Positions 38,036 to 49,199 of a stretch of DNA of 64,000 bases are shown here, piece by piece. The stretch is taken from contig JAOUHG010000017.1 of NCBI GenBank assembly GCA_029865265.1, positions 1 to 64,000 of the forward strand, given 5' to 3'. The notes beneath the pieces were generated by a model, which saw only the letters and a list, made by a program, of their open reading frames with translations, was not told where the DNA came from and did no database searches. Every line of letters starts with the position of its first letter. The first letter of the stretch is position 1. The translations under genes and the position numbers were made by a program. Source of the DNA: Candidatus Krumholzibacteriia bacterium (GTDB lineage: Bacteria > Krumholzibacteriota > Krumholzibacteriia > WVZY01 > JAKEHA01).

Positions 38036-39775
38036 TTACGCGCCGTCGATGATGTCGTGCGTCTCCGGCATGGGGGTGGTGCCCATGGTGGCGCTGCCTT
38101 CTTCGTGGCTGCGCAGGAAGTCGGTGGTGCCCACCGGCACCATGAACGCGAACACGCTGCCCGCGCCCGACTTGCTCTCCACCCATATCTTGCCGCCGTG
38201 CAGCTCCACGATGTGCTTGGCGATGGCCAGCCCGATGCCCAGCCCGCCCCGGCGCCGCGTGGACGAACCATCGAGTTGCCGGAAGGTATCGAAGATACGC
38301 GGCATCTTCTCCTCGGGGATCCCCTGCCCGGTGTCGGCCACCCGCACCACCACGCCCTCGTCGGTGCGCTCGGTGACGAGGGTCACGTGTCCGCCCGCCT
38401 CGGTGAACTTGATGGCGTTCTGCGCCAGGCACATCACCACCTGGCCGATGCGGCGGTTGTCGATGTACACCACCGGCACGTCGTAGCCGGGCTGGAAGGT
38501 GACCTGGATGCCCTTCTCCTCGGCGGTAGCGAGGATCTTGGGCCACAGCGAGCGCACCACGTCGTGGATGTGCGACAGGGTGAAGCTCAGCATGGTGCCG
38601 GTGACTTCGAGCTTGGAGAGATCCAGCAGGTCGTTGATGAGGCGCAGCAGGTTGCCGCCGTTGTCTGCGATCACGTCCAGGAAGTGGCGGCGGTCGGCGT
38701 CGCCCACGATGCCGTCGCGCAGCGCCTCGGTGTAGGCGATGATCACCGAGAGCGGCGTGCGCAGCTCGTGGCTGATGTTGGCCAGGAACTCGGTCTTCAT
38801 CTCGTCCACTTCGCGCAGCTTCTGGTTGGCGTCCTGCAGGTTGCGGTTCTGCAGGATGATCTGCTGCTCCAGCATCTTGCGCTGGGTGATGTCGTGCACC
38901 AGCGCCTGGATGAAGGTGTCCTTCTTGATCTGAATCAGGCTCGCGCTGATGTCCACGTAGAGCACGTTGCCGTCGCGGCTCACCAGGCGGCGGTCGGTGA
39001 ACAAGCGCGACTTCTGGCTCATGATGTTGATGAAATCGCGCCGCGCCTGGAACTGGTCCTCGGTGGGAAACAGGTCGAAGAACGACTTGCGCAGCAGGTC
39101 CGCCTCGGGCAGCCCCAGCACCTCGCAGCACTGGCGGTTCACCTCCACCAGGCGGCCGGTGTTGCGGTCGATGAGCATGATGATGTCGCTGGCGTTGCGC
39201 TGCAGGGTGCGGTAGCGCTCGCCGAGATCCTTGGCGTCGCGCAGGAGCAGCGCGTGCTCGATGGCGCCGCTGGCGATGTTGCCGCAGTTGACCATCTTCT
39301 CCAGGTCGGTGTCGCTGAAGGCGTTGGCGGTGTACGAGCCCGCGTTGAGCGTCCCGATGACGTTGCCGTGCGCGATCAGCGGCACCACCATGTCGCAGCG
39401 CAGGTTCTCCTCCTGCACCACTTCCGTGAAGCGGCCGTCCGAGGCGACGTCACGCCGCAGGAGCGCCCGCTTGTTCATCGCCACCCAGCCGATGATGGTG
39501 GTCTCGTCCAGCGGCACCGGCCGGCCCTCGCCGATGCGCTCGCCCCCGACGTCCTCCTTATAGATGTGCTGCAGCGACAGGTGCCGCCCGCCGCTCTCCA
39601 TCAGGGCGATGCTGGAGCGGTCGAAATCGACCAGCAGGGAGAGCTCGCGCGTGATGGCGGCGAGGATGTCGTCCAGTTCCGTGTGCTGGAGGATGGTGCT
39701 GGCAATGCGCACCATGGCCAGCAGTTCCGCGTTGAGGCGGCTGGTGGACGATGGTTTCTTTGTGCGGTCGCTCAT
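38036..39775 (-). CDS. cytoplasmic sensor histidine kinase with GAF and PAS domains (orphan; no cognate regulator adjacent)
   Basis: No TM segments. GAF-like N-region, PAS (IMLIDRNTGRLVEVNRQCCEVLGL), H-box ISHELRTPLSVIIAYTEAL, HATPase (DTGQGIPEEKMPRIFDTF...GLGIGLAIAKHIVELHGGKIWV). ATG 39775 (MSDRTKK); the track ORF extends to 39907. Confidence 0.85.
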   Translation of the reverse strand: MSDRTKKPSSTSRLNAELLAMVRIASTILQHTELDDILAAITRELSLLVDFDRSSIALMESGGRHLSLQHIYKEDVGGERIGEGRPVPLDETTIIGWVAMNKRALLRRDVASDGRFTEVVQEENLRCDMVVPLIAHGNVIGTLNAGSYTANAFSDTDLEKMVNCGNIASGAIEHALLLRDAKDLGERYRTLQRNASDIIMLIDRNTGRLVEVNRQCCEVLGLPEADLLRKSFFDLFPTEDQFQARRDFINIMSQKSRLFTDRRLVSRDGNVLYVDISASLIQIKKDTFIQALVHDITQRKMLEQQIILQNRNLQDANQKLREVDEMKTEFLANISHELRTPLSVIIAYTEALRDGIVGDADRRHFLDVIADNGGNLLRLINDLLDLSKLEVTGTMLSFTLSHIHDVVRSLWPKILATAEEKGIQVTFQPGYDVPVVYIDNRRIGQVVMCLAQNAIKFTEAGGHVTLVTERTDEGVVVRVADTGQGIPEEKMPRIFDTFRQLDGSSTRRRGGLGIGLAIAKHIVELHGGKIWVESKSGAGSVFAFMVPVGTTDFLRSHEEGSATMGTTPMPETHDIIDGA

Positions 39776-39940
39776 GGTGCGCAACGCCGGGGGATACCGG
39801 TCCGTACCCGGATGCGGCGCATGCCGCCCGGGAAGGACCGGGTTTCCGGTCGTTCCCGGATGTGCACGAAGCGTTCCAAAGGGGGCGATTGTTCGCGCCG
39901 TAACCATATGCTAGACTGGCAGTTCTAACCGACGACCGGC

Positions 39941-42091
39941 ATGGCGAAGTCAAAGAAGCAAAAGAAGTCACACGCCACGGGTGCGGGCACTCCGCGGCCC
40001 GGCGCCCGCGACCGGCTCGACGTGGCGACGCCCTTCTCGTGGCGCAACCACGCCGACCGCATCGATGTCGCCATCGTGCTGGGCGTGGCGTTGCTGCTGC
40101 GCCTCACCTTCTTCTTTCTCAACCAGAAGCTCAACCCGACCTTCAGCTTCCCCATCATGGACGCGCTCTACCACCACGAGTGGGCGCAGGACCTGGTGGC
40201 GGGTGGCACGCGCGGCACCGATGCATTTTTCCGCGGACCGCTGTACCCGTATTTTCTCTCGTTTCTGTACCGGGTGAGCGGGTCGAGCATTGCCTTTGCG
40301 GTGTTCGTGCAGCACGTCATCGGCGCGCTCACCGCGGGGCTCATCTACCTGACCGCGCGCGAGCTGTTCTCGCGCACCGTGGCGCTGGTGGCGGGGCTGA
40401 CCACGGCGCTGTACTGGGTGCTAGTGTACATGGAAGGCGATCTCCTCATCGAGACCACCTTCATCTTCCTGAACACGCTGGCCATGCTGCTATTGCTGCA
40501 GGGGACCAGGCGGCACTCGCTGGTTCGCCTGGCCGTGGGCGGGTTCGTGCTGGGACTGGCGACCATCGATCGTCCCAGCATCCTGGTGTTCTTCCCCGCC
40601 ATCCCCATCGCGCTGTACCTCGCGGGCCGCCGGCGCCCGGCGGGCGCGCGCGGCTGGCTGCGGCAGACAATTGTAGTGGCGGTGGCGTGTGCCATTCCCA
40701 TCGCGCCGGTGATGGTGCGCAACTACGTGGTCGCCCGCGCCATCGTTCCCGTGGGCGCATCCGGCGGCGTAAACTTCTACATCGGCAACAACCCCGCCTC
40801 CGACGGCTCCACCGCCATCGTGCCGGGAACGCGCGCCGACTGGTGGGGCGGCTATAACGACGCCATCGCCCTCGCCGAGCGCGCCACTGGCAAGAAGCTC
40901 ACCCTGGCCGAGGTGTCCGACTACTACTTCCAGCGCGGCTTCGACTACATCCGCACCCAGCCGGAGCAGGCATGGCGCCTCATGGGCAAGAAGTTCATGA
41001 TGTTCTGGGGAGCGGGCGAACGCGCCAACGACAAGTACATCTACTTCTTCTGGCATCTGGCGGGCATGAAGTACGTGCCGTTGCCCGGCTTCTGGCTCAT
41101 CGGGCCGCTGGCCCTGCTGGGCGGGTTCCTCCTGTGGCGGCGCCGCGCAGAACTGGCCATGTTCTACCTGTTCGTCATCGTCTACTCGCTGGGCGTGGTG
41201 GTGTTCTTCGTGAACGCGCGCTTCCGGCTGCCCGTCATCCCCGTGCTCACCCTCTTCTCCGGCTACGCCACCGTGTACCTGGTGCGCGCATTTCGTGAGC
41301 GGCAGTTCGGCGTGGTACGCGCAATCGTGGTTCTCGCCGCCGCGGCCCTGCTGGTGAACTCGGACTACGCCTACCAGAAACAGATGCGCGCCTACTCGGA
41401 CGCTTTCTCGAACTATACGCTCGGCAACGCCTACCTCAAGATGGGGATGGAAGGCACCGCGCTCAATCACTTCTCGCGCGCCGCCGAGATCAACGCCGAA
41501 TCACCCACCCCGGCCTACCGCGCCATCCAGCGCGAGGTCGACTACAACCTCGGCGTGCTGTTGTGGAAGAGCGGGTTGTGTTCGCGCACCATCGAGGTGC
41601 TGGAACGCGTGGGCGGCAACGACGAACTCGCCCGCCACGCGCTCGACTGCCTGGGCGACTGTTACCTCAAGCGCCAGGACCTCGCCAGCGCGCAGCGCGT
41701 GTACGAGCACCTGCTGCAGCTCTCTCCGTCGGACCAGCGCGCCATCACCGGACTCGCCCGCTGCGCGGCCATGACGGGTGACACCGACAAGGCGCTGAGC
41801 ATGCTCAACGAGATCGTCGATCCCACGCGGGCCGTGTACCCGCCGGCCTTCCTGGCGCTCGCGGAGATCCAGCGCAGCACCGGCAACATCGACGCGGCCA
41901 TCGAGAGCTACACCCACATCGCCCAACTGCTGGGCTATGAACGCCAGGGCTACATCGCGCTGGCCGAGCTGTACAGCCGTAAGGGCGACAAGGCCGCGGC
42001 ACTGCAGGCGCTGGAGCAGGCCGCCTTCCACTCCCCGCCCAACGACCCCACCATCCAGCAGCTCTCGGCCGCCATCCGCGCGGGACGATGA
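39941..42091 (+). CDS. GT-C-fold (GT39/PMT/ArnT-like) membrane glycosyltransferase with C-terminal TPR domain (716 aa)
   Basis: About 11 predicted TM helices with a DALYHHEW acidic loop motif near the N-terminus. C-terminal TPR repeats (YNLGVLLWKSG..., LGDCYLKRQDLASAQRVYEHLLQLSP...). Confidence 0.75.
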   Translation: MAKSKKQKKSHATGAGTPRPGARDRLDVATPFSWRNHADRIDVAIVLGVALLLRLTFFFLNQKLNPTFSFPIMDALYHHEWAQDLVAGGTRGTDAFFRGPLYPYFLSFLYRVSGSSIAFAVFVQHVIGALTAGLIYLTARELFSRTVALVAGLTTALYWVLVYMEGDLLIETTFIFLNTLAMLLLLQGTRRHSLVRLAVGGFVLGLATIDRPSILVFFPAIPIALYLAGRRRPAGARGWLRQTIVVAVACAIPIAPVMVRNYVVARAIVPVGASGGVNFYIGNNPASDGSTAIVPGTRADWWGGYNDAIALAERATGKKLTLAEVSDYYFQRGFDYIRTQPEQAWRLMGKKFMMFWGAGERANDKYIYFFWHLAGMKYVPLPGFWLIGPLALLGGFLLWRRRAELAMFYLFVIVYSLGVVVFFVNARFRLPVIPVLTLFSGYATVYLVRAFRERQFGVVRAIVVLAAAALLVNSDYAYQKQMRAYSDAFSNYTLGNAYLKMGMEGTALNHFSRAAEINAESPTPAYRAIQREVDYNLGVLLWKSGLCSRTIEVLERVGGNDELARHALDCLGDCYLKRQDLASAQRVYEHLLQLSPSDQRAITGLARCAAMTGDTDKALSMLNEIVDPTRAVYPPAFLALAEIQRSTGNIDAAIESYTHIAQLLGYERQGYIALAELYSRKGDKAAALQALEQAAFHSPPNDPTIQQLSAAIRAGR

Positions 42092-43023
42092 AGCGCGCCG
42101 CAGGCGCACCGCGCATCGCGGTGCTCGACATCGGCACCAACTCCATGAAGCTGCTGGTGGCCACCAGCGACGGCCGCCACGTGCGCCCGATCCACTTCGC
42201 ACGTGTCACCACCCGCCTCGGTACCGGCCTGCACAAAAACGGGCGCATCTCGCCCGCGGCCACGGCACGCGCGGTGGATGCGGCCCGCAAGCTCGTCGCC
42301 GAGGCGCGGCGAAACGGCGCCACGCATGTGGTCGCAGTGGGAACCTACGCATTTCGCGCGGCGGAGAACGGCGCCCGGGTGGCGAAGAAGATCGAACGCG
42401 CCACCGGCGTCGGGGTGCACATCCTCTCCGGCCGCGAGGAGGCGCGCATGGCCTTCCTCTCAGCACGCTCGCACATGGAACGCGCGCCGGCGTCGGCGTT
42501 GATGCTCGATGTGGGGGGCGGGTCGGCGCAGCTCGTGGCCGCGCGCGGCACCACCATCGTGGGCGTCACCTCGCTGCCGCTGGGCGCGCTGCGGTTGACC
42601 GAGCGCTTTCTTCACCACGACCCCATCGAGCCCGGCGAGTACCTGCAAATGAAACGCACCATCGAGCGTGCGGTTCATCCGGTGATTGCGAAGCACGCGC
42701 TCCGTGCGCCGCGCGCGGTCTTCATGGCCGTGGGCGGCTCCGCCACCACCGCGCTGGCCATGGCGCGGCACGATGCGAGCGGGCGTCTGTGGCAGGGAAG
42801 CATGACGCTGGCCGAACTGCGTCAACTGGAACGGGCATGTCTGGGCAAGACCATCGCGGCACGAAAGCGCATGCCGGGGCTTCCTGCCGACCGCGCAGAC
42901 ATCATCCCCGCCGGCATTGCTGTGGTCCTCGCCGTCATGGGCGCGGCGCACAAGCGCGTGGCGCACATCACCGGCGGCGGCGTGCGCGAGGGCGTGGTGC
43001 TGACTATGGCGCGGGAGAATTGA
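42088..43023 (+). CDS. Ppx/GppA-family phosphatase (exopolyphosphatase / guanosine pentaphosphate phosphohydrolase, ASKHA fold)
   Basis: IAVLDIGTNSMKLLVA...VVAVGTYAFRAAENG...LMLDVGGGSAQLV are the Ppx/GppA N-domain motifs. ATGA overlap with the upstream stop. Confidence 0.8.
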   Translation: MKRAAGAPRIAVLDIGTNSMKLLVATSDGRHVRPIHFARVTTRLGTGLHKNGRISPAATARAVDAARKLVAEARRNGATHVVAVGTYAFRAAENGARVAKKIERATGVGVHILSGREEARMAFLSARSHMERAPASALMLDVGGGSAQLVAARGTTIVGVTSLPLGALRLTERFLHHDPIEPGEYLQMKRTIERAVHPVIAKHALRAPRAVFMAVGGSATTALAMARHDASGRLWQGSMTLAELRQLERACLGKTIAARKRMPGLPADRADIIPAGIAVVLAVMGAAHKRVAHITGGGVREGVVLTMAREN

Positions 43024-43756
43024 GCCAGCGCGCGATGGCCGCGCCGAACAGCGTCCACGGGATGACGTCCGGCGGCGCCGCGGCCAGCTCAACCGTCTCT
43101 CCCCCCACCGGGTGCGGAAAGCGCAGGCGCGCGGCGTGCAGCGCGATGGCGCGTTCCGGCAACGGCTCGGGCGCGCGGTACTTCAGGTCCCCCAGCAGCG
43201 GAAATCCTGCCGCCGAGAATTGCAGCCGGATCTGGTGGTGCCGCCCCGTGCGCGGGTTGATCTCCACCAGCGATACCATCCGCGCCGGCGCCTTGCGGCG
43301 GCGATCGCGCGTCGGCAACGTCAACTCGGAGCGAGCCAGCACGCGGTATTCGAGCGACGCCTCGCGGGCGCGCGGGCCGTCCGCAGCGGCCATGCGCGAG
43401 CGGGTGTGCGTGCGCTCGATGAAACCACTCAACTCGCCGGTGTCGTCCGGCATCGATCCCACCACCACCGCAAGGTAGCACTTCTCCACCACCCGGTCGT
43501 GAAACGCGCGCGCCAGGCGCGACGCCGCCTTGGAGGTGCGCGCAAATACCATTACGCCGGACACCGGCCGGTCGATGCGGTGCACCAGCCCCAGGTACAC
43601 GTCGCCGGGCTTGGCGTAGCGCTCCTTGATGTACGCGCGCGCCTGCGCCAGCGCGGTCGGGTCGCCCGTGCGGTCGCCCTGGGCCAGCAGGCCCGCCGGT
43701 TTGAGGACGCCGAGCAGGTGGTTGTCTTCGAGGAGGACCTGGATGTGTTGCGTCAT
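43004..43756 (-). CDS. RluA-family pseudouridine synthase
   Basis: HRIDRPVSGVMVFARTSKAA catalytic-Asp motif and ...GDLKYRA... C-region. ATG 43756 (MTQHIQVLLEDNHLLGVLKP). Confidence 0.8.
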   Translation of the reverse strand: MTQHIQVLLEDNHLLGVLKPAGLLAQGDRTGDPTALAQARAYIKERYAKPGDVYLGLVHRIDRPVSGVMVFARTSKAASRLARAFHDRVVEKCYLAVVVGSMPDDTGELSGFIERTHTRSRMAAADGPRAREASLEYRVLARSELTLPTRDRRRKAPARMVSLVEINPRTGRHHQIRLQFSAAGFPLLGDLKYRAPEPLPERAIALHAARLRFPHPVGGETVELAAAPPDVIPWTLFGAAIARWLNSPAP

Positions 43757-43806
43757 GGGTTCCCGGGAATGGGCCCCGGCGCCCGCCGGGAGCCACCCGG
43801 CCTCGC

Positions 43807-43836
43807 TTGACCGCCCATGCCCGCTCCACCTATACT
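43807..43836 (+). promoter_or_regulatory. σ70-type promoter candidate (TTGACC-18-TATACT) upstream of the ABC/arc operon
   Basis: cgcTTGACCgcccatgcccgctccaccTATACTcccc about 30 nt upstream of the ABC ATPase ATG. Confidence 0.4.
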
Positions 43837-43868
43837 CCCCAGATTGCCCACACGAGCAAGTGCAAATC

Positions 43869-44795
43869 ATGATAGAAGTTAGCAGTCTAACCAAATCCTA
43901 CGGCAAAGTCGAGGCCGTGCGCGGCGTCTCCTTCCGGGTGGCCCCCGGCGAGGTCTACGGCCTGCTGGGCCCCAACGGGGCCGGCAAGTCCACCATTATC
44001 GGCATCCTCTCCGGCCTGGTGCTGCCTTCCTCGGGCGAGGCGCGCATCGGCGGGCACGACGTGGTGCGCGATTCGCTGGCCGCCAAGCGCATCCTCGGCG
44101 TGGTGCCGCAGCAGTCCATCGTGATCGAAGAGCTGAGCGCCCTCGCCAACTGCATGTTCTTTGGTTCCCTCTATAATGTGGAGGCGCGCGTGCTCAAGGA
44201 GCGCTCCCGCGAACTGCTGGACTGGATGGAACTGTCCGACCACGCCGGCAAGCCGGCGGGCACGTTTTCCGGCGGCATGCTGCGTCGGCTCACGCTCGTG
44301 CTGGGCATCCTGCACGAACCCGGGGCGCTGATTCTCGACGAACCCACCACCGGGCTGGATCCCCAGACACGCCTGCTCCTGCTGGAACGGATACGCGATA
44401 TCGCCGGCAAGGGCACGGCGGTGCTCATGAGCACGCACCACCTGGAGGAGGCCGAGCGCCTGTGCAGGCGGGTGGGCATCATCGACGAGGGACGCATCAT
44501 CAAGGAAGGCACGCTGGAGAGCCTGCGCGCGGAGGTCTCCGACGTGCAGCTGTTCAGCCTGCGCGGCACCTTCGACCGCGCGCGCCTGCGCGGCGTGGTC
44601 GCAACCCTCGCCGGCGCGGAGATCCTGCTGGACGAGGCGGACGAGGCTGTGGTGGCGGTGCCCAGCGGGAGCGCACACGCATCGCGCCTGATCGAGCTGG
44701 CCGCCTCTCTCGAACAGGTCAACGAGGTCGCCATCAAGCCCCCCTCGCTCGAGAGTCTTTTTATCCGGCTCACCGGGCGTGAGCTCCGGGAGTGA
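43869..44795 (+). CDS. ABC transporter ATP-binding protein (ABC-2/CcmA-like exporter ATPase)
   Basis: Walker [10 protein letters not shown], signature FSGGMLRRL, Walker [13 protein letters not shown]-loop. ATG 43869 ([12 protein letters not shown]). Confidence 0.9.
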   Translation: MIEVSSLTKSYGKVEAVRGVSFRVAPGEVYGLLGPNGAGKSTIIGILSGLVLPSSGEARIGGHDVVRDSLAAKRILGVVPQQSIVIEELSALANCMFFGSLYNVEARVLKERSRELLDWMELSDHAGKPAGTFSGGMLRRLTLVLGILHEPGALILDEPTTGLDPQTRLLLLERIRDIAGKGTAVLMSTHHLEEAERLCRRVGIIDEGRIIKEGTLESLRAEVSDVQLFSLRGTFDRARLRGVVATLAGAEILLDEADEAVVAVPSGSAHASRLIELAASLEQVNEVAIKPPSLESLFIRLTGRELRE

Positions 44796-44799
44796 TTCG

Positions 44800-46050
44800 A
44801 TGATCCAGTATCGCGTGGACTCCGAAGTCGGGAAGCTTCGCAAGGTCCTCGTGCATCGCCCCGATCTGAGCCTGCGCCGCCTGACCCCGTCTAACTGCGA
44901 GGAACTGCTCTTCGACGACGTGCTGTGGGTGCGCAAGGCCCGCGGCGAGCACGACAAGTTCGTGGGCCACCTGGAGCGGCGCGGCGTGGAGGTGTACTAC
45001 CTCGACGACCTGCTCGCCGAGGTGCTGCGCATTCCGGAAGCACGTTCGTTCGTGATCGACAAGACCGTCACCCGCCTCACCGTGGGTGCCGCACTGGTGA
45101 AGGACTTCCGCGCCTACCTGATGGAACTGGATCCCCGGCGCCTCTCCGCCATCCTCATCGGCGGGCTGGCGCGCGTGGAGATCGACGACAGCTTCCTGCG
45201 CAAGCACTCGCTCACCCTGGCCACCATGGACCCGTTCGACTTCGTGCTGCCGCCGCTGCCCAACTCCATCTTCACGCGCGACGCTTCGTCGTGGATCTAC
45301 AACGGCGTATCCCTCAACCCCATGTACTTCGAGGCGCGCCAGCTGGAAGTGGTGCACGTGGCCGCCATCTACAACTGGCACCCGATGTTCGCCGACGCCG
45401 ACTTCGAGTTCTGGTTCCCCGACCAGGACGAGCAGGGCCGCTTCATCCAGGAGGACTGGGGCCGCGCGTCGCTGGAGGGCGGCGACGTGATGCCCATCGG
45501 CAACAAGACGGTGCTGGTGGGGATCGGCGAGCGCACCACCGCGCAGATGGTGGAGCGGCTGGCGCAGTCGATGTTCCGCTACGAAGCCGCCGAACGCATC
45601 ATCGCCTGCCAGATGTCCAAGGATCGCGCGCACATGCACCTGGACACCATCTTCACCATGGTGGACCGCGACGCGGTGACACTCTACCCCAAGGTGAGCG
45701 ACAAGATCCGCGCCTTCAGCCTGCGCCCGGGCGACAAACCCGGCCAGCTGGACGTCACCGTGGAGAAGAACTTCCTGGAAGCGGTCGCCGACGCACTCAA
45801 GGTAAAGAAACTGCGCGTGATCGGCACCGGCGGCGACGAGTACCAGGCGGAACGGGAGCAGTGGGACGACGGCAACAACCTGGTGGCCATCGAACCCGGC
45901 GTGGTGGTGGCCTACTCCAAGAACGAATACACCAACAAACGCCTTCGCAAGGCGGGCATCAAGGTGCTCACCATCGACGGCTCGGAACTGGGACGCGGTC
46001 GCGGCGGCGGTCATTGCATGACCTGTCCCCTGCTGCGCGATCCCATCTGA
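44800..46050 (+). CDS. arcA: arginine deiminase
   Basis: Full-length ADI similarity: [29 protein letters not shown], catalytic Cys in [23 protein letters not shown] before ATG 44800. Confidence 0.95.
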   Translation: MIQYRVDSEVGKLRKVLVHRPDLSLRRLTPSNCEELLFDDVLWVRKARGEHDKFVGHLERRGVEVYYLDDLLAEVLRIPEARSFVIDKTVTRLTVGAALVKDFRAYLMELDPRRLSAILIGGLARVEIDDSFLRKHSLTLATMDPFDFVLPPLPNSIFTRDASSWIYNGVSLNPMYFEARQLEVVHVAAIYNWHPMFADADFEFWFPDQDEQGRFIQEDWGRASLEGGDVMPIGNKTVLVGIGERTTAQMVERLAQSMFRYEAAERIIACQMSKDRAHMHLDTIFTMVDRDAVTLYPKVSDKIRAFSLRPGDKPGQLDVTVEKNFLEAVADALKVKKLRVIGTGGDEYQAEREQWDDGNNLVAIEPGVVVAYSKNEYTNKRLRKAGIKVLTIDGSELGRGRGGGHCMTCPLLRDPI

Positions 46051-46064
46051 TTGCGGAGAACAAC

Positions 46065-47069
46065 ATGGGCAACATCGACCTCAAGAACCGGCACTTCCTC
46101 AAGGACCTCGATTTCTCGAAGGAGGAACTGCTCTACCTGCTCGACCTGTCGAAGGCGCTCAAGCAGGAGAAGAAGGCGCGGCGAGAGATGCAGCGCCTCA
46201 AGGGGCGCAACATCGCGCTTATCTTCGAGAAGACCTCCACGCGCACGCGTTGCGCGTTCGAGGTGGCAGCCTTCGACCAGGGCGCGCACGTCACCTACCT
46301 GGGGCCCTCCGGCACCCAGATCGGCCACAAGGAGACCATGAAGGACACCGCGCGCGTGCTGGGGCGCATGTACGACGCCATCGAGTACCGCGGCTTCGCG
46401 CAGACCACGGTGGAAACACTGGCCGAGTTCGCCGGGGTGCCGGTGTACAACGGCCTCACCGACGAGTTCCACCCCACCCAGGTACTGGCCGACGTGCTCA
46501 CCATGGTGGAGCACTGCGACAAGCCCATCGAGCAGATTTCTTTCTGTTATCTGGGCGACGCGCGCAACAACATGGGCAACTCGCTCATGGCCGGCGCCGC
46601 CATCCTGGGCATGGATGTGCGGCTGGCCGCACCCCGCTCCTGCTGGCCGGAGGAAGCGCTGGTGCAGCGGTGCCGGGCCATCGCCGAAAAGAGCGGCGCG
46701 CGCATCCTGCGCACCGAAGACGTGGCCGCGGGGGTCAAGGGCGTTGACTTCCTGTACACCGACGTATGGGTTTCCATGGGCGAGCCCGAATCGAAATGGG
46801 CGGAGCGCATCCAGGTGATGAAGCCCTACCAGGTGAACCGGCGCGTGCTCGATCTCACCGGCAACCCCGAGGTGAAGTTCCTGCACTGCCTGCCGGCCTT
46901 CCACAACCGCGACACCAGGGTGGGCGAGTCGATCTACCAGCAGCACGGCCTGGACGGACTGGAAGTCACCGAGGACGTGTTCGAATCGAAACACTCAATC
47001 GTGTTCGACCAGTCCGAGAACCGCCTCCACACGATCAAAGCAGTGATGGTTGCCACCATCGGCGAGTAA
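46065..47069 (+). CDS. arcB: ornithine carbamoyltransferase (catabolic, ADI pathway context)
   Basis: STRTR carbamoyl-phosphate motif, HCLP, full-length OTC similarity. GGAGAA RBS. The track shows it as the 3' part of a fused 714-aa ORF. Confidence 0.9.
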   Translation: MGNIDLKNRHFLKDLDFSKEELLYLLDLSKALKQEKKARREMQRLKGRNIALIFEKTSTRTRCAFEVAAFDQGAHVTYLGPSGTQIGHKETMKDTARVLGRMYDAIEYRGFAQTTVETLAEFAGVPVYNGLTDEFHPTQVLADVLTMVEHCDKPIEQISFCYLGDARNNMGNSLMAGAAILGMDVRLAAPRSCWPEEALVQRCRAIAEKSGARILRTEDVAAGVKGVDFLYTDVWVSMGEPESKWAERIQVMKPYQVNRRVLDLTGNPEVKFLHCLPAFHNRDTRVGESIYQQHGLDGLEVTEDVFESKHSIVFDQSENRLHTIKAVMVATIGE

Positions 47070-47072
47070 GTC

Positions 47073-47981
47073 ATGCCGCGCCGCCGCATCGTCATCGCAC
47101 TCGGAGGCAACGCCCTGCTCAAGCGGGGCGAGCCGCTCACCGTTGCCAACCAGCGCGCCAACGTGCGCGCGGCGGCGCTGGCCATCGCGCCCATCACCGA
47201 CGGCAACGACATCGTGATTTCGCATGGCAACGGTCCGCAGGTGGGCATGCTGGCGCTGCAGGCCGCGCACTCCGATTCGGGCACGCCGCTCGACGTGCTC
47301 GGCGCCGAGACCGAGGGCATGATCGGTTACATGATCGAACAGGAACTCGGCAACTGCGTGCCCTTCGAGCGCCCCCTCGCCACCATGCTCACCATGGTGG
47401 AGGTGGACCCGGACGACCCCGCATTCCAGAACCCGACCAAGCCCATCGGACCCATGTACACCGAGGCGGAGGCGAAGCAGCTCGCCGAGCAGAAGGGATG
47501 GACGGTGGCCGCGGATGGAACCGGCTGGCGGCGCGTGGTGCCGTCTCCGCTGCCCAAGAGAATCTTCGAGATCCGCCCCATCAAGTGGCTGATCGAGAAG
47601 CAGACCATCGTGATCTGCGCCGGCGGCGGCGGCATCCCCACCATGTACCGGGGCGAGACCCTGGTGGGCGCGGAGGTGGTCATCGACAAGGACCGCGCCA
47701 GCGCGGTGCTGGCGCGGGAAGTGAACGCGGATCTACTGGTGCTGGCCACCGACGTGGCCGGCGTCTTCGCGGACTGGGGCACGGCGAATCACCGGCTGAT
47801 CCGGCACGCCACGCCCGCGCAACTGCGTGAACAGCGCTTCGGCGCCGGCTCCATGGGACCCAAGGTGGAGGCGGCCATTGCCTTCGTCAAGGAAACCGGC
47901 AAACGCGCGGCCATCGGGTCGCTGGAAGAAATCGGGCAGATCGTCGCGGGTGAGGCCGGGACGATCATCGAACGCTCGTAA
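47073..47981 (+). CDS. arcC: carbamate kinase
   Basis: [16 protein letters not shown]...[11 protein letters not shown]...GGGIP matches carbamate kinase throughout. Confidence 0.9.
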   Translation: MPRRRIVIALGGNALLKRGEPLTVANQRANVRAAALAIAPITDGNDIVISHGNGPQVGMLALQAAHSDSGTPLDVLGAETEGMIGYMIEQELGNCVPFERPLATMLTMVEVDPDDPAFQNPTKPIGPMYTEAEAKQLAEQKGWTVAADGTGWRRVVPSPLPKRIFEIRPIKWLIEKQTIVICAGGGGIPTMYRGETLVGAEVVIDKDRASAVLAREVNADLLVLATDVAGVFADWGTANHRLIRHATPAQLREQRFGAGSMGPKVEAAIAFVKETGKRAAIGSLEEIGQIVAGEAGTIIERS

Positions 47982-47993
47982 GGCCCTGGGACG

Positions 47994-49199
47994 ATGCACT
48001 TCCTGCGCATGTACTGGCGGCGCACGCTGCGCAAACCGGGCTCGATCCTCCTGTGGCTCGCCGTTCCCTTCGTGTTCATGGGCATCTACCAGCTCGCGTT
48101 CGGAAACGACGGGGGCACGCCGCGCATCGGGATTGCCATCGTGGATCAGGACAGTTCGCTGGTGAGCGGGCTGGTGCAGAGCGCATTCGACCGCGGCCCG
48201 GTGGGCGACATCATCACCACCATCCCCGCCGCGAACCTCGCCGAAGTCGAGGCACGCTTCGCAGCCGGTGATGCCTCGGCGGCTCTCGTTATTCCCGCCG
48301 GCTTCGGCGACCGCCTGCTGCGCATGGAGCCGGACACGCTGCGTCTGCTGCGCAATCCGCGCCACGCCATCGGACCCCAGGTGGCGGAGGGCGTGGTGGG
48401 CACGCTCATCACCGTCGCCAACGGCGCGCTGGGACAATTCGCCGCCCCCATGGGAACGGTGCGCGGCCTGCTGGAGGGCGGAGAGCCTCCGACGGGAGAC
48501 GAGGTCGGCGCCGTATCGCAGCAGTTCTACGCCGCCAGCCGCAACGTCACCGGTTTCGGCGCGTTGCAGAACGTCGACGTCACCGTCGTCGACGACGCGG
48601 GCGCAACCGACGATTTCAACATGGCGGCGCTCTTTTTTCCCGGGCTGGTGATGTTCGGACTGCTCACCGTCTCGCTTCGCCTCGAGCACGCGTTTCTCAT
48701 GGATCGCCGCAACCACGTGACGCGCCGCTTTGTCACCGCGCCGGTGTCGCCGTGGCGGGTGGCACTGGAACAGCGTCTGTATACGGCGTCGTTCGCCTAC
48801 GTGGTGGGCATCGTGGCGGGAACCCTGGGCGGCATCATCTGGCGCATCCCCCCGCACGGCCTCTTCACCGCCAACCTGGTGGTTGCGGCGCTGGCCCTGT
48901 TCATCGCCGGCATCAACGGCATCATCTTCTCGCTCAACGACTCGCCGCGCGCGGTGGGCGCCATCAGTTCGCTGGTCATGATCTTTCTCACCATTCTGGG
49001 CGGCGGTTTCTTTCCGGCCGAGTTTACGCCCGGGACCTTCAAGGCCATCGCAGCCTGGATTCCCACCGGAACCGCCAACCTGGCCCTGACGCGTGCGCTG
49101 ACCGGGCGGGAGATCGGCGTGTCGCTGCCGTTGTACGCGCTGACCTGCGTGGCCTTCTTCAGCGCCGGTGTCCTGTCCGGCCGACGGAGGATCATCTAG
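47994..49199 (+). CDS. ABC-2 family transporter permease
   Basis: N-terminal TM, large extracytoplasmic loop, then 5 C-terminal TM helices: the typical ABC-2 permease topology. Confidence 0.75.
   Translation: MHFLRMYWRRTLRKPGSILLWLAVPFVFMGIYQLAFGNDGGTPRIGIAIVDQDSSLVSGLVQSAFDRGPVGDIITTIPAANLAEVEARFAAGDASAALVIPAGFGDRLLRMEPDTLRLLRNPRHAIGPQVAEGVVGTLITVANGALGQFAAPMGTVRGLLEGGEPPTGDEVGAVSQQFYAASRNVTGFGALQNVDVTVVDDAGATDDFNMAALFFPGLVMFGLLTVSLRLEHAFLMDRRNHVTRRFVTAPVSPWRVALEQRLYTASFAYVVGIVAGTLGGIIWRIPPHGLFTANLVVAALALFIAGINGIIFSLNDSPRAVGAISSLVMIFLTILGGGFFPAEFTPGTFKAIAAWIPTGTANLALTRALTGREIGVSLPLYALTCVAFFSAGVLSGRRRII

Noticed and set aside
44925-47069. 714-aa ORF apparently fusing an upstream region to ornithine carbamoyltransferase
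   Set aside because: The first ~380 codons are an out-of-frame shadow of arcA. OTC begins at the internal ATG 46065 with its own RBS.
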